The notes: a model not told the origin generated them from the letters alone. A stretch of 64,000 bases of DNA from Octopus sinensis (GCF_006345805.1 NC_042997.1:42532001-42596000), one strand, 5' to 3'; counted from the stretch's first letter, positions 11,991 through 22,676 are shown. Translations and numbers: made by a program.

Positions 11991-12312
11991 CTGAATAGAT
12001 ATAGAAATAGTTCAAATAACTGAGGAGTTGATAGTGTATACATATGGAACTGACAGAGCAGAAATGAAGAAGATATAGTAAATATGGAGAAAGTAAGATT
12101 AAGTTAAAGGAACTGTGTCTTTCATAGTGAAGAAAAATCAATTCTCTAAATGTAAAGATTGCTCAAAGGATACTCAGTTATATATACTCAGAGGATATAA
12201 AAGAGTTGGTTCGTAGCTAATTTGTTGTCAGAGAAACAAGATGACTCAAAATGTCATACATCAAACACAATATTTATATCATAAGTAACGACCCATTTTG
12301 AAAGGAAATACA

Positions 12313-12637
12313 CCGGGCCGACCAATGCCTTGTGAGTGGATTTGGTAGACGGAAACTGAAAGAAGCCTGTCGTATATATGTATATATATATATTTATGTG
12401 TGTATGTGTGTGTATGTTTGTGTGTCTGTGTTTGTCCCCCTTGGCATTACTTGACAACCGATGCTGGTGTGTTTACGTCCCCGTCACTTAGCGGTTCAGC
12501 AAAAGAGACCGATAGAATAAGTACTGGGCTTACAAAGAATAAGTCCCGGGGTCGGTTTGCTCGACTAAAGGCGGTGCTCCAGCATGGCCGCAGTCAAATG
12601 ACTGAAACAAGTAAAGGAGTAAAAGAGTAAAAGAGTA
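12313..12637 (+). mobile_element. SINE A, 5'-truncated
   Basis: ccgggccgaccaatgccttgtgag...gaaacaagtaaaggagtaaaagagtaaaagag. Confidence 0.9.
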
Positions 12638-12651
12638 TGCACTCAATCGCA

Positions 12652-12878
12652 TACAAGAGGGTACTGGAAAGTTCCTGGCTTTAAGGGTACCATGAAAGGC
12701 CTGGTTGGAGGCCCAACATTCTGAGTTCTTTTTGTACAGGGCTTAGAAAAACTGAAGGACCACTGCAATAAGTGTGTGAATCTGAGAGGGGAATATGTTG
12801 GATAAAATCATAATTAACTGATCCTCCTGTATTTTCATTTACCCAAAGCCAGGAACTTCTCAGCCCCACCCTCACATG
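12652..12878 (+). mobile_element. mariner-derived MITE (~230 bp)
   Basis: TIR gagggtactggaaagttcctggcttt (~12657-12682) pairs with aaagccaggaacttctcagccccaccctc (12845-12873). The interior retains the transposase C-terminus GLEKLKDHCNKCVNLRGEYVG*. Confidence 0.8.
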
Positions 12879-13014
12879 TCATGGTAATGTTTCTCTGCCT
12901 TATATCTTTTATGAATGTGTGCATGTTTTTATATGTCTGTATGTTTAGGAGCACACATTCACTATTACAGTTCAGCTTTATGCCAGGAAGAAGAACTATC
13001 AGTGTTTCTACTTA

Positions 13015-13250
13015 ATAATAATAATAATAATAATAATAAAACATTGTGTACAGTGCTCAGGTGCACTACAACTCATCTAAAGTGTATGTATAGTACATAG
13101 GGTAATGTACAAGCGTCAGGAAAAGAACAGTGCATGAGTCATGACATACACATATGTGTATGAGTATGGAAGGGGGACAGTCAGGTGTAGTTTCAGCGGA
13201 TTTCGGAAAGCATGAGGGCCTTAAAGGGCCTTAGTGAGACAACTTCGGAA
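13015..13250 (-). mobile_element. CR1/L2-like LINE 3' end with (TTA)n tail
   Basis: Minus strand ...gaagttgtctcac...ctcatgctttccgaaatcc...gtgcacctgagcactgtacacaatgtttt followed by (att)n. Confidence 0.45.
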
Positions 13251-13294
13251 GTATTTAGCTAGGAGTCAGTCACTTACTCTGTTTAACTCTTGTG

Positions 13295-13760
13295 AACATG
13301 AGAAGGCTTTGACCAGATTTGACACACTGTAATCTGGGCCCTAGATGGTAGATGAATGGTTTATTTGGAGATGCAGTCAGCAAGGTGTGCATTTACAATA
13401 AACAAAGTATGAAATATAGTGTGCATGTAGGAGTTCAACAGGGCTCAGTTTTCAGTTCCTTTTTATTTATTATAGTCCTTTGGGCAAAATCAAAGGAGTT
13501 TAGTTTAAAACTGAATTTCTTAGAGGACCCTAGTATGCTGATGGCATAACTGTTACAGATATATTTGTAAAAGAGTTAGAGAAGAAATTCCAAACAGAAA
13601 CAAAGCCTGAAATTGAGAGGCTTCAAAGTAAACATAGCAAAGACTAAAGTTCTAATAAGTAGAAAAGAAGACAGGTACAGCTATCAGGGAAACAGATGCT
13701 GAACATGCAGAAAAGGAGCAAGTGGAAACTTCAGTGTAAACTATTGATGCACAAGGGATG
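13295..13760 (+). mobile_element. Degraded RTE RT fragment
   Basis: catgagaaggctttgac (DMEKAFD-like), VGVQQGSVFSSFLFIIVL, tatgctgatggc (YADD-like), aaagtaaacatagcaaagactaaagtt. Homologous to the RT at 39873-41783. Confidence 0.7.
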
Positions 13761-14183
13761 GGGGGAGGGGTTACAGAGAGGCTAACAAAATAACAGGCCA
13801 ACCGCAAAATAGTAATTAAAATAGTAGTAGTGATAGAAGCTACAATGTACTTATCTACATTTGTGCTTCTATCAAGTTTATATCTATCACTCCTCCTCTA
13901 TGACTCACCCTGTCTCTCCTGTCCACTGTACCATGGGCCCTGTGTCACAAGGAATGACATTGGGTCTGTCTGTTTTCAATACCCCTTCCATTACCCTTCC
14001 ACTCTATTTCTCTCCCATCACAGTGCCTGAATAATTAAGGATGGCCTCCAGATCTGTTTGTATTCAATACCCTCTCATCATTTTACTGTACAAATAACCT
14101 TCATTCCTTCTTTCCCAGGACAATCATCATTGACATCCATCACTCTCTCTTTCCATCATCCATCACACATACACACACGCATA

Positions 14184-14246
<63 letters not shown>

Positions 14247-14429
14247 GCTATAATAGAAGACACTTGCCCAAGGTGCCACACAATAGGACTGAACCTGAGA
14301 CCATGTGGTTGGTACCACACAGCCACTCCTGCACCTACATATTCAAATTGTTGACAATAAAGTTCTGCAGTGATGCTTTTTCCCTCGTTCCTCCACTAAA
14401 CACACAGCAAAATCTTCTTTGAGTGTTTG

Positions 14430-15057
14430 GGTATTGGTTTGGGTATTGGAAATGGATTTTCATTTGGTGAGAGTCACTACTTCTTATTTCATCATTGGCG
14501 TAGACTATCCATTTCTGACCATCTGTTATAATTCAATGAAGGCATTTGTTCATTCCTGATTAGCAAATTGTTGAACCGCTTTATTGTCAGGGCACAACTC
14601 ATGAAGACCCCACTTTTCTTCTCTGTTTTACTTTCCAAATATACTTCAGATGATCCTTCACAAATGGACCAAAGTTTATTAAGCTTCCAGGATAAGTCCC
14701 TGATACTTTGATGCAGATCTTCTTCAATTGCTGTTTCCACTATCTCATTATAGAGAACAGTTGGTCTTTCTGGTCGACAACTATCCAAAAGATCAAAATC
14801 ACCATTTTTGAATTTGTTAAACCACCTTTGGCATTTTGCAACACTCACATCATCATCATCATCATATACAACACATGTTTTCTCCTGTCCATGTTGAAGT
14901 GTTGTCCTTATGACATTTGTAAAGCATGCAATACTGAATAAACAGCTCACTAATGTCCACATCAACATTTGGTCATTAACTCAATGCTGATTGGTTGATA
15001 GCAAGGACACTTTTTATTGGCTTGTAAATTATTTGTGATATGATGTCAGACCATGTA
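14430..15057 (-). mobile_element. mariner transposase N-terminal relic with a (GAT)n expansion
   Basis: ORF 14492-14968: VSVAKCQRWFNKFKNGDFDLLDSCRPERP...IEEDLHQSIRDLS. A WGLHEL (WVPHEL-like) motif lies near 14600. Confidence 0.75.
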
Positions 15058-15183
15058 CAGCACCTCTAATATATATACTTCTAGTTTTTCACCTGGCATG
15101 TGATGGAATCTGTTTTCTGTACAGGCATGTGACAGAATAGAAAACAGATATACATGTATACACACATGTATATATATTTTTAT

Positions 15184-15430
15184 GTGCCAGTGGCACATAA
15201 AAAGCACCATTCGTTCGTGGCCGTTTGCCAGCTCTGTCTGGCACCTGTGCAGGTGGCACATAAAAAGCACCCACTACACTCACGGAGTGGTTGATGTTAG
15301 GAAGGGCATCCAGCCATAGAAACACTGCCAGATCTGACTAGGCCTGATGAAGCCTTCTGGCTTCACAGACCCCAGTTGAACCGTCCAACCCATGCTAGCA
15401 TGGAAAACGGACGCTAAACGATGATGATGA
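15184..15430 (+). mobile_element. RTE 3'-UTR fragment (2 hairpin units) with (GAT)n tail
   Basis: Matches the 3' terminus of the RTE at 24900-25130. Confidence 0.85.
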
Positions 15431-15559
15431 AATAATAAGGGATTACTCCAAACGTTTACCAGTTTGCTCTCAGTTGGGTATTCAAAATAGGTTATTCAAC
15501 AGTTTAAACATGTGGAAGTCTATGTAAGGCTGTATATATATCTCTCTATATATAAAGAA

Positions 15560-15950
15560 CTAGCAGTATCGCCCGGCGTTTGTAAGGGAAATAACTATAT
15601 AAGCATTTTTAGAGATGTAAAATATAATAGCCATCTCAATATGGCTAACCACAAAGAGGGGGGGGGTGTTACTGTAGCTTTTTACGTTCTGAGATTTAAT
15701 AATAAATTTTTAGAGAGTTACTTCCCTTATATATGCCAAAAATGCATTAAAAATGGGAAAAATTGATGGTAAATTTTTTTTTAAATCGTAGACTCATCGT
15801 AGACGTGCATTAATACCCAGAAGGGCTCAATATGAATCACGACTATAAGATACCCGGTTTTGGTTAAACTGCACCGCAAAATGTGGGAGTAGTTAGGAAT
15901 CTAAATCATAGGAGACAGACAGCACACAACCTCACTTTTATATATAAAGA
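15560..15950 (-). mobile_element. Non-autonomous Helitron
   Basis: Minus strand reads A|TCtttatatataaaagtgagg...gccgggcgatactgCTAG|T, with 5'-TC and CTAG-3' termini at an AT site and no TSD. Homologous to 45772-46161. Part of the subterminal hairpin is deleted. Confidence 0.8.
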
Positions 15951-16246
15951 TTACAGGTAATGCTATGCCACTTTGTAATAATCCTTATTATTATTATTAT
16001 CATTATTATTATTATTATTGATATATATATTTTCATATAGAAGTAATAAAGATTCAGTTGAATTAGGTACTGAAGCTGAAGCACCAAGTCAGTCCAGTGT
16101 TATCTGCACAGCTCAAAGTAAGGTGTATTTAAATTGATGTAATGATTACATTGTTCAATTAAATGGAGCCACTCAAAACAGTTGTACTGCATTACTACTT
16201 GACATCCTGTTACTCATTTTGATTTTATATATATATATATATATAT

Positions 16247-17355
16247 CTCCGAGACATCCGCCTCGCCAATGACACTCCAGTCTCACGCCATTTCCGCTCC
16301 ACCGGTCACTCCTTGCAACACCTGTCTGTGTTCAGATTGTCCTTGCACAGAGGCCATCCGGATTCCCGCTTGCGCCGTGAACAGGGATTAATCTTCTCTC
16401 TTCGCTCTTTTACGCCATTTGGGCTCAACTCTCCCCCCCTTTTCATCTAACCTCCTCCCCGACTCCTACTTCTCTTCAGTCCTTCATCGTTTCACCCCTA
16501 CTCTCTTTCCTTCCTCTTCCCTTCTTCCCTCTTCTCCCCTACTCTCTTTCTCTCTGCTCCCTCACTCCCCTTCTCTCTCCTCTCCCCTCCCTCCTCCCCT
16601 CTCTCTCCCCCATCCCCCGTCCCCCTCTCTTCTCTCCTTCTCTCCTCCTCTCTTTCCTCATATATGCACCTTCCCCTCCCCCATAAACCCACCCATCCCT
16701 ACTCTACCCCACACCTCACCCCTATCCCACACATCTCCCCTACATACCTCACCCCTATCCCATACCCCTCCCCCACATACCTCACCTCTAATCCCACCCT
16801 CTATCTACCCACAATACCCACTCTACCCCAGCCCCAGCCGAACCCACACCCCACCTGTGCTTTCCCCACTCTCGCCTCCCCCACCTCCCCACAACATCAC
16901 ACCACACTACACTACACCATACAACATTACACATCACATCACATCACAACACATCACCCACACACCCATCCCCACATCTCCACACCCACACATACATACA
17001 CACACACGTCCAGACCACCAGCCCTCTTTCACACGCACATACATACTCTCTTATACGCACACGCACCTTTGTGTTGGGGGCACCTTCATTTTGGAAGTCA
17101 CTTGACCCTGTTATCTCCCCTGCTGTCCCTCTAACGTCTGACCGCTGCCCGAAGTCAGGACGCCATGATAGACCGTTAGCTCCTACACGCATTTTTTTCT
17201 CTCCTTGTTTTTTCTGTGTATCTTTCTGTTGAAGAGCGTAGGCTCGAAACGTAAAAGACTTGTTTTATTTCTATTCCTGAGCGCTATACTAATACATTTG
17301 TTTGTTTGTACTCCACCTGCCTTCGTCTTTTGTTTATTTTCGTAAACTTTCCCTT
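16247..17355 (+). mobile_element. PLE family 1, 3' part: GIY-YIG C-terminus plus pLTR/3' UTR
   Basis: 16247-16450 encodes LRDIRLANDTPVSRHFRSTGHSLQHLSVFRLSLHRGHPDSRLRREQGLIFSLRSFTPFGLNSPPLFI* (PLE endonuclease end). A low-complexity UTR, hammerhead and T-rich end follow. Flanked by (TA)n on both sides. Confidence 0.85.
17221..17258 (+). ncRNA. Minimal type-I hammerhead ribozyme (variant core) in PLE1
   Basis: Stem I UCUUU, core CUGUUGA plus an extra A, stem II GAGC(GUAG)GCUC, GAAAC-GU-A, then AAAGA pairing with stem I. Confidence 0.75.
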
Positions 17356-17366
17356 TATATATATAT

Positions 17367-17792
17367 ATAGGCGCAGGAGTGGCTGTGTGGTAAGTAGCTT
17401 GCTAACCAACCACATGGTTCCGGGTTCAGTCCCACTGCGTGGCATCTTGGGCAAGTGTCTTCTGCTATAGCCCCGGGCCGACCAATGCCTTGTGAGTGGA
17501 TTTGGTAGACGGAAACTGAAAGAAGCCTGTCGTATATATGTATATATATATATGTATGTGTGTGTGTGTTTCTGTGTCTGTGTTTGTCCCCCTAGCATTG
17601 CCTGACAACTGATGCTGGTGTGTTTACGTCCCCGTCACTTAGCAGTTCAGCAAAAGAGACCGATAGAATAAGTACTGGGCTTACATAGAATAAGTTCCGG
17701 GGTCGATTTGCTCAACTAAAGGTGGTGCTCCAGCATGGCCGCAGTCAAATGACTGTAAAAGAGTAAAGTAAAAGAGTAAAGAGTAAAGAGTA
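17367..17792 (+). mobile_element. SINE A, young full-length copy
   Basis: ataggcgcaggagtggctgtgtggtaag (A-box-like), ggttcagtccc (B-box-like), internal (TA)/(TG), and (gtaaaaga)n tail. Confidence 0.95.
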
Positions 17793-18369
17793 TATCTATA
17801 GATTGCATTTCAAGGGGGCCATTCCGTCAATGAAAACCCAGACAGTGCTTGAAATTCTTATTTCTTTTGTTACCAATTTATTCATTAACAATCTAAAAAA
17901 TGAGCGAAAGCTGGTATAATGACTCACTGAAAATATATGTTTCAACAGATGGTTCCATAATCAGGATCTTGCTGAATGAATACAATATAGGTAGATGCAT
18001 AGACAGACAGACAAACAGCTAGACAGACAGACAGCTAGACAGACAGACAGTGTATGCATGCATGTTTATTTGAAAATGCAAATGTTGTGTGTGTATGTGA
18101 GTGTGTGTGAGTGTGTGTGTGTGTGTGTGCATGGTTGTATTAATGAATGAATGGATGGATGAAACAAAGTAAAGTGGCAGAATGGGATTTTCAAATAAAA
18201 ATACTTCATTGTACTTCGTGAAATTTGGTTTCATCGTCATCACATACCTTTGAAATCAACAGGGTGAATTTAGTCATTCTTCTTACCAATATGAATAAAT
18301 ACCAGTTAAAGGACTGGGTTTAATCGGCCACAGTTCTATGACTGACAGTGGCAAACAAACAAAAGAAGA

Positions 18370-18473
18370 TCTCTTTTACCCTCTATATCTATCTATTTAT
18401 CTATCTCTCTATCTATCTCTCTATCTCTCTATCTATCTATCTATCTATATATCTATCTCAATCTATCTCTCTA

Positions 18474-18506
<33 letters not shown>

Positions 18507-18535
18507 ATCTGTTTCTCTGTCTATCTATCTACAAA
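18370..18535. repeat. (TCTA)n/(TC)n microsatellite
   Basis: Direct inspection. Confidence 0.95.
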
Positions 18536-18708
18536 CACACACACACACGACTGTAGTTAATAAATTTTTTTGCAGCCACATGATTTTGGGTTCAGTCCCA
18601 TTCAGTACCATTTTAGGCAAGCAATTTCTACTAAAGCCCCGGGCTGATCAAAGCTTCATCAATGGATTTGGTCAACAGAAACTGAAAATACCTCATTGCA
18701 GCGAGTAC

Positions 18709-18768
18709 TAAGGTGGCGAGCTGGCAGAAACGTTAGCACTCTGGGCGAAATGCTTAGCAGTATTTCGT
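18709..18768 (+). mobile_element. SINE D 5' head fragment fused to U6
   Basis: taaggtggcgagctggcagaaacgttagcactctgggcgaaatgcttagcagtatttcgt differs at 4 positions from the head at 18880. Confidence 0.9.
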
Positions 18769-18790
18769 ACTAGCTACGGCGGTACATATT

Positions 18791-18823
<33 letters not shown>

Positions 18824-18869
18824 GGCCCCTGTGCAAGGATGACATGCAAATTCGTGAAGCGTTCCATAT
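18767..18869 (+). pseudogene. U6: Full-length U6 snRNA retrocopy
   Basis: gtactagctacggcggtacatattctaaaattggaacgatacagagaagattagcatggcccctgtgcaaggatgacatgcaaattcgtgaagcgttccatat. The ACAGAGA box and AGC triad are intact. It ends in an A-rich run instead of an oligo-T terminator and has no upstream TATA/PSE context. Confidence 0.95.
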
Positions 18870-18879
18870 ATAAAAAAAA

Positions 18880-19099
18880 TAAGGTGGCGAGCTGGCAGAA
18901 ACGTTAGCCCGCTGGGCGAAATGCGTAGCCGTATTTCGTCTGTCTCTACGTTCTGAGTTCAAATTCCGCTGAGGTCGACTTTGCCTTTCATCCTTTCGGG
19001 GTCGATTAAATAAGTACCAGTTACGCACTGGGGTTGATATAATCGCCTTAATCCGTTTGTCTCCTCTGTGTGTAGCCCCTTGTGGGCAGTAAAGAAATA
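18880..19099 (+). mobile_element. SINE D, full length (3' part of the U6 chimera)
   Basis: Homologous to 6752-6987. Followed by the second copy of the 24-bp TSD. Confidence 0.9.
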
Positions 19100-19293
19100 A
19101 GAAACTGAAAATACCTCATTGCATATATGCTTACTTGCTTACGACAGCCCATTAAAGGTGATGATAGTGTCAGTTCAAGACATCCAAGTCTATATGTATG
19201 TGTCTCCCTATCTTGACATCATATGCTGATTGCAAGGAAATGCCACCATCAGATAAGTACTGTTGCTCGTTTGCAATCTTTTTTGAAAATATG

Positions 19294-19470
19294 GCCATGG
19301 CTGTGTGGTAAGGTGCTTGCTCCTCAACCATATGGTTCAGGGTTCTGTACCACTGTGTGGCACCTTGGGCAAGTGTCTTCTGCTAGAGCCCTGGGATGAC
19401 CAAAGCCTTGTGAGTGGATTTGGTAGGCAGAAATTGAAAGAATCCTGTCGTGTATACATACATACAAGCA
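19294..19470 (+). mobile_element. Old SINE A 5' half
   Basis: ggccatggctgtgtggtaagg...caccttgggcaagtgtcttc...gaaattgaaagaatcctgtcg. Confidence 0.8.
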
Positions 19471-19473
19471 TAA

Positions 19474-19512
<39 letters not shown>

Positions 19513-19513
<1 letters not shown>

Positions 19514-20541
19514 TATGGCTGCCCCCTCGTTATCGAGTATGGCCATTGCACGAAGCTTAACTGTTACTGGTGCTGTGATCGAATGTGACTTTTTAGCCCA
19601 GCTAAAGATCTACAATGTCTTGTACAGATTTGGCAGCTAAAACCTTTACTGGTAATAGCCGGCTGTAGTTGTAACTGGGCTTCATGTACCTGTGCATGTC
19701 GTTTAAATCCTCCTGCCGAATTACACTCTCTTCCACATGCCTGACAGATATGATTAGTATGGTGTGTTACACCACCACCAGTGGCCAGGTTGTCACTCAT
19801 CTGTCTCGTTTTATGACTACGAAGATGACTCATGAGTCCAGCTTTACTGAGGCAGGGTCTTGCACAGACATTGCATGTCAGAATCAAAGGAAGACCCTTC
19901 CCTTCTGGAAGTGTAACAGCGATGCCCTTCCTGACATCCCTCCTTACTTTCTCATGTGCAACTCGAGATTTCTCAAACGCGGCTGTCCCCTCATGCACAA
20001 TCCTTCTCCACCTGCTACGATCAATAGCTATGCCTTCCCATGTGTCAGGAGAGATGCAAGCAGCTCTTAAGGAAGCCTTCAGCAAGTCATTATACCTCTT
20101 CTTTGATTTATGTGGAGGTCATTCTCCTTTAGCTAACTCTCCATAAAAGAGTTGTTTTGGCATCCTTGAATCCTTCATTCTGACCAGATGACCACTCCAT
20201 CTGAGCCTTTGCTTTAACACAAGAGCTTCTATACTTACACACCAAGAGCCTTCGAGTATTTCAAGATCACTGATGCGGTCCTTCCACTTAATGCTATCGA
20301 TCCATCTGAGGCACATCTGATGGAAACGTTCCAGATGTTTAAGGTGGTATCGATATGTGACCCACGTCTCGCAAACATATAGAAGAGAAGAGAGCACACA
20401 TGCCTTGTACACCTTTATCTTTGTCTTTCTGTATATGTCTCGCCGACTCCAGAGGCGCTTTTCTAGCCTTCCAAAAGCAACACTTGCTTTCCTAATTCTA
20501 TATGGAACTTCATCATCCACATTGCCATATCTATTAATAGT
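19513..20541 (-). mobile_element. RTE-clade LINE family 2, 3' part (RT thumb region plus three C2H2 fingers, short 3' UTR, (TATG)n tail)
   Basis: TINRYGNVDDEVPYRIRKASVAFGRLEKRLW...YKACVLSSLLYVCETW...QRLRWSGHLVRMKDSRMPKQLFYGEL, then one frameshift into ORF 19564-20085. Confidence 0.9.
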
Positions 20542-20542
20542 T

Positions 20543-20932
20543 AGAGGGAAGAAATCGGAGCCCATTTCAATACAAAATGGAGTGAAACAGGTGGATATTC
20601 TGGCACCGACCCTATTTTCCAAATATTTCACAATGGTGTTCTGTATTGCATTCAGAAACTGCAGATATGGTGTTAACGTCCATTAACGAACCTCTGGCAG
20701 CATATTTAATATCAGGCGCCTTGCTGCAAAAACAAAGATATTTACCTCTGTCATAAGAGACCTTTTGTATGCTGATGATTGTGAGCTTGTAGCACACAGA
20801 GATTGATATGCAACACATTTTGAATGCATTCTCTGATGCTTGCACTGCCTTAGAATTGACAGTCAATCTCAAGAAAACTGTCGTCATGCATCAACCTGCC
20901 CCTGGTAAGCAGTATAGTGTACCAAATATTAT
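20543..20932 (+). mobile_element. Inverted upstream RT segment of the same RTE family 2 element
   Basis: Plus strand: GKKSEPISIQNGVKQVDILAPTLF...[14 protein letters not shown]...LTVNLKKTVVMHQPAPGKQYSVPNI. Confidence 0.9.
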
Positions 20933-21040
20933 GTGTTGGATTCCATAGGTTTTACAGAATTTCATTCAATTGATTTTGCTGTAATTGTCTCCCTCACTAG
21001 CCTGTTTAGGGAGACAATTGTTCATGTCTGTCTGTCTGTA

Positions 21041-21082
<42 letters not shown>

Positions 21083-21241
21083 GATAGATGTGTGTGTGTG
21101 TGTATGGCTTCAGTTCCACTATGCAGCACTTTGGACAAGTGTCTTCTACTAGTCTTGTGAGTGAATTTGGTGTATAGAAGTTCTGTCATGTGTATACATG
21201 TGTGAAAGTGCTTGTGCCTCCTTTGCTCTGTGTGTGTGTAC

Positions 21242-21297
<56 letters not shown>

Positions 21298-22400
21298 GTG
21301 CATCTTAAAAACCTCCTAGAGTTGGTTTTTTTTGTTTACTAACTGCATGAATAATCTTAGTTAATCAGTTTTATTTTTTTGTTACTGTTTTCAACTCTTT
21401 ATATTAAATAAGTAAATGTTCTACTGTATTTGAAATTAATATGTGAAACCAATTCTCTCTTGAACTATTTTCCTTACCCGTATTGTTGATGGTTATATTT
21501 ACTGATGCAGTTTAAAGTTTATGCTAAGATTATTAGACTTTGAGAGTAAAATCATCACATGTTATAAAGTAGACACATGCTAAAGTAAAGATTATAAAAT
21601 ATTTGTATGTGTGTTATCGTTTTGCAATTCAAAGTGTCCTTTATAATAGTTCTTACTCTGTTAAAAACTTCTGTGAGAGAACCATACACTTACTAAGTCA
21701 ACACTAAGTGCACACACTTCAGTCCATTATTGCTCAGGTAGTGCTATCATGATATGTCACTGGTCCGTGTTTCTACAGTTGAAAAAAAGGAATGAAGGAT
21801 GTTCACACATACACAAATATGCACACACATTCACACACCGACACAGACATATATATTCGTGCATGCCTCAAAAATCGGTTTCTTTTTTATTTTATTTTTT
21901 AAACATTATTAATTGACATTGACACAATAAAACAATGTCAGTTTAGCAAGATAAAAGCTAATGACAAGAGTTTACACTGCCGTATGTGACACTTGATGGA
22001 CTACTTCATGCGTTCACATGAGAATTTGATATTAAATTAAAGAAAGGCAAAACACTTACAGACAGTGAAACAAGTTCAAGGTTTCCTTCTCTTAGTGATA
22101 ATCACACCCTTCCCATTTTCCTATTTATAATGTTAATTAACAGTTTCATTATGTCAATGAAATTTATTGGTCATGAAGAGGGAATGGCAAAAATAAAATA
22201 AAAACACTTGACTGTTAATATTTAAGTGTAAACAAAAAGAAAAGTTCAATCTTATTGGAAAATGTTATCATTCAGATTTGATTCATATGTGATATTTTTA
22301 TTGATCTTTGGAACATTTGATAATTACTTCCTACTTGTAGCTGGTATAGTTATATTCAAACAATACAGTAGTCTTATTTCACATGGCATCGTTTAATTAA

Positions 22401-22620
22401 CCCTTTTGTAACTGTATTTAGTTTGAGATGCTTTGTTTCTTTCAATTAATTTTAAATATAACAAAGAATTTAGTAAAATAGCTAAGTTATCATTAGCTAA
22501 CTGTTAGGAACATAAATTACGAATAAGGTTTGGTAGAAGATTTTAATTCAAAACTTATGAAAGCAAGACATTTGTACTTCAGAGCCAGAGCCGGTTTCAG
22601 CTGGGTTGGTATCAAAAGGG
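22401..22620. mobile_element. TTAA-type (piggyBac-like) MITE
   Basis: ttaa|cccttttgtaac ... ggtatcaaaaggg|ctaa. A similar right end occurs near 62520-62538. Confidence 0.55.
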
Positions 22621-22676
22621 CTAATGCCAATGTGTACCTGTGTGCCTGCATGTGCACCTGGTTATATTTCATTATA

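Noticed and set aside
16419-17134. 228-aa and 156-aa Pro/Ser/Thr/His-rich ORFs
   Set aside because: They come from the low-complexity C/T- and CA-rich PLE UTR, and the second copy at 26528-26957 is open in different frames.
17367-17440. tRNA genes at SINE heads (A, B, D)
   Set aside because: They carry only A-box- and B-box-like motifs with no complete cloverleaf, and each continues into a SINE body.
18767-18869. Functional U6 gene
   Set aside because: It has no oligo-T terminator or upstream TATA/PSE, it has about 6 differences from my remembered invertebrate U6 sequence (two are CpG decays), and it lies inside a TSD-bounded insertion.
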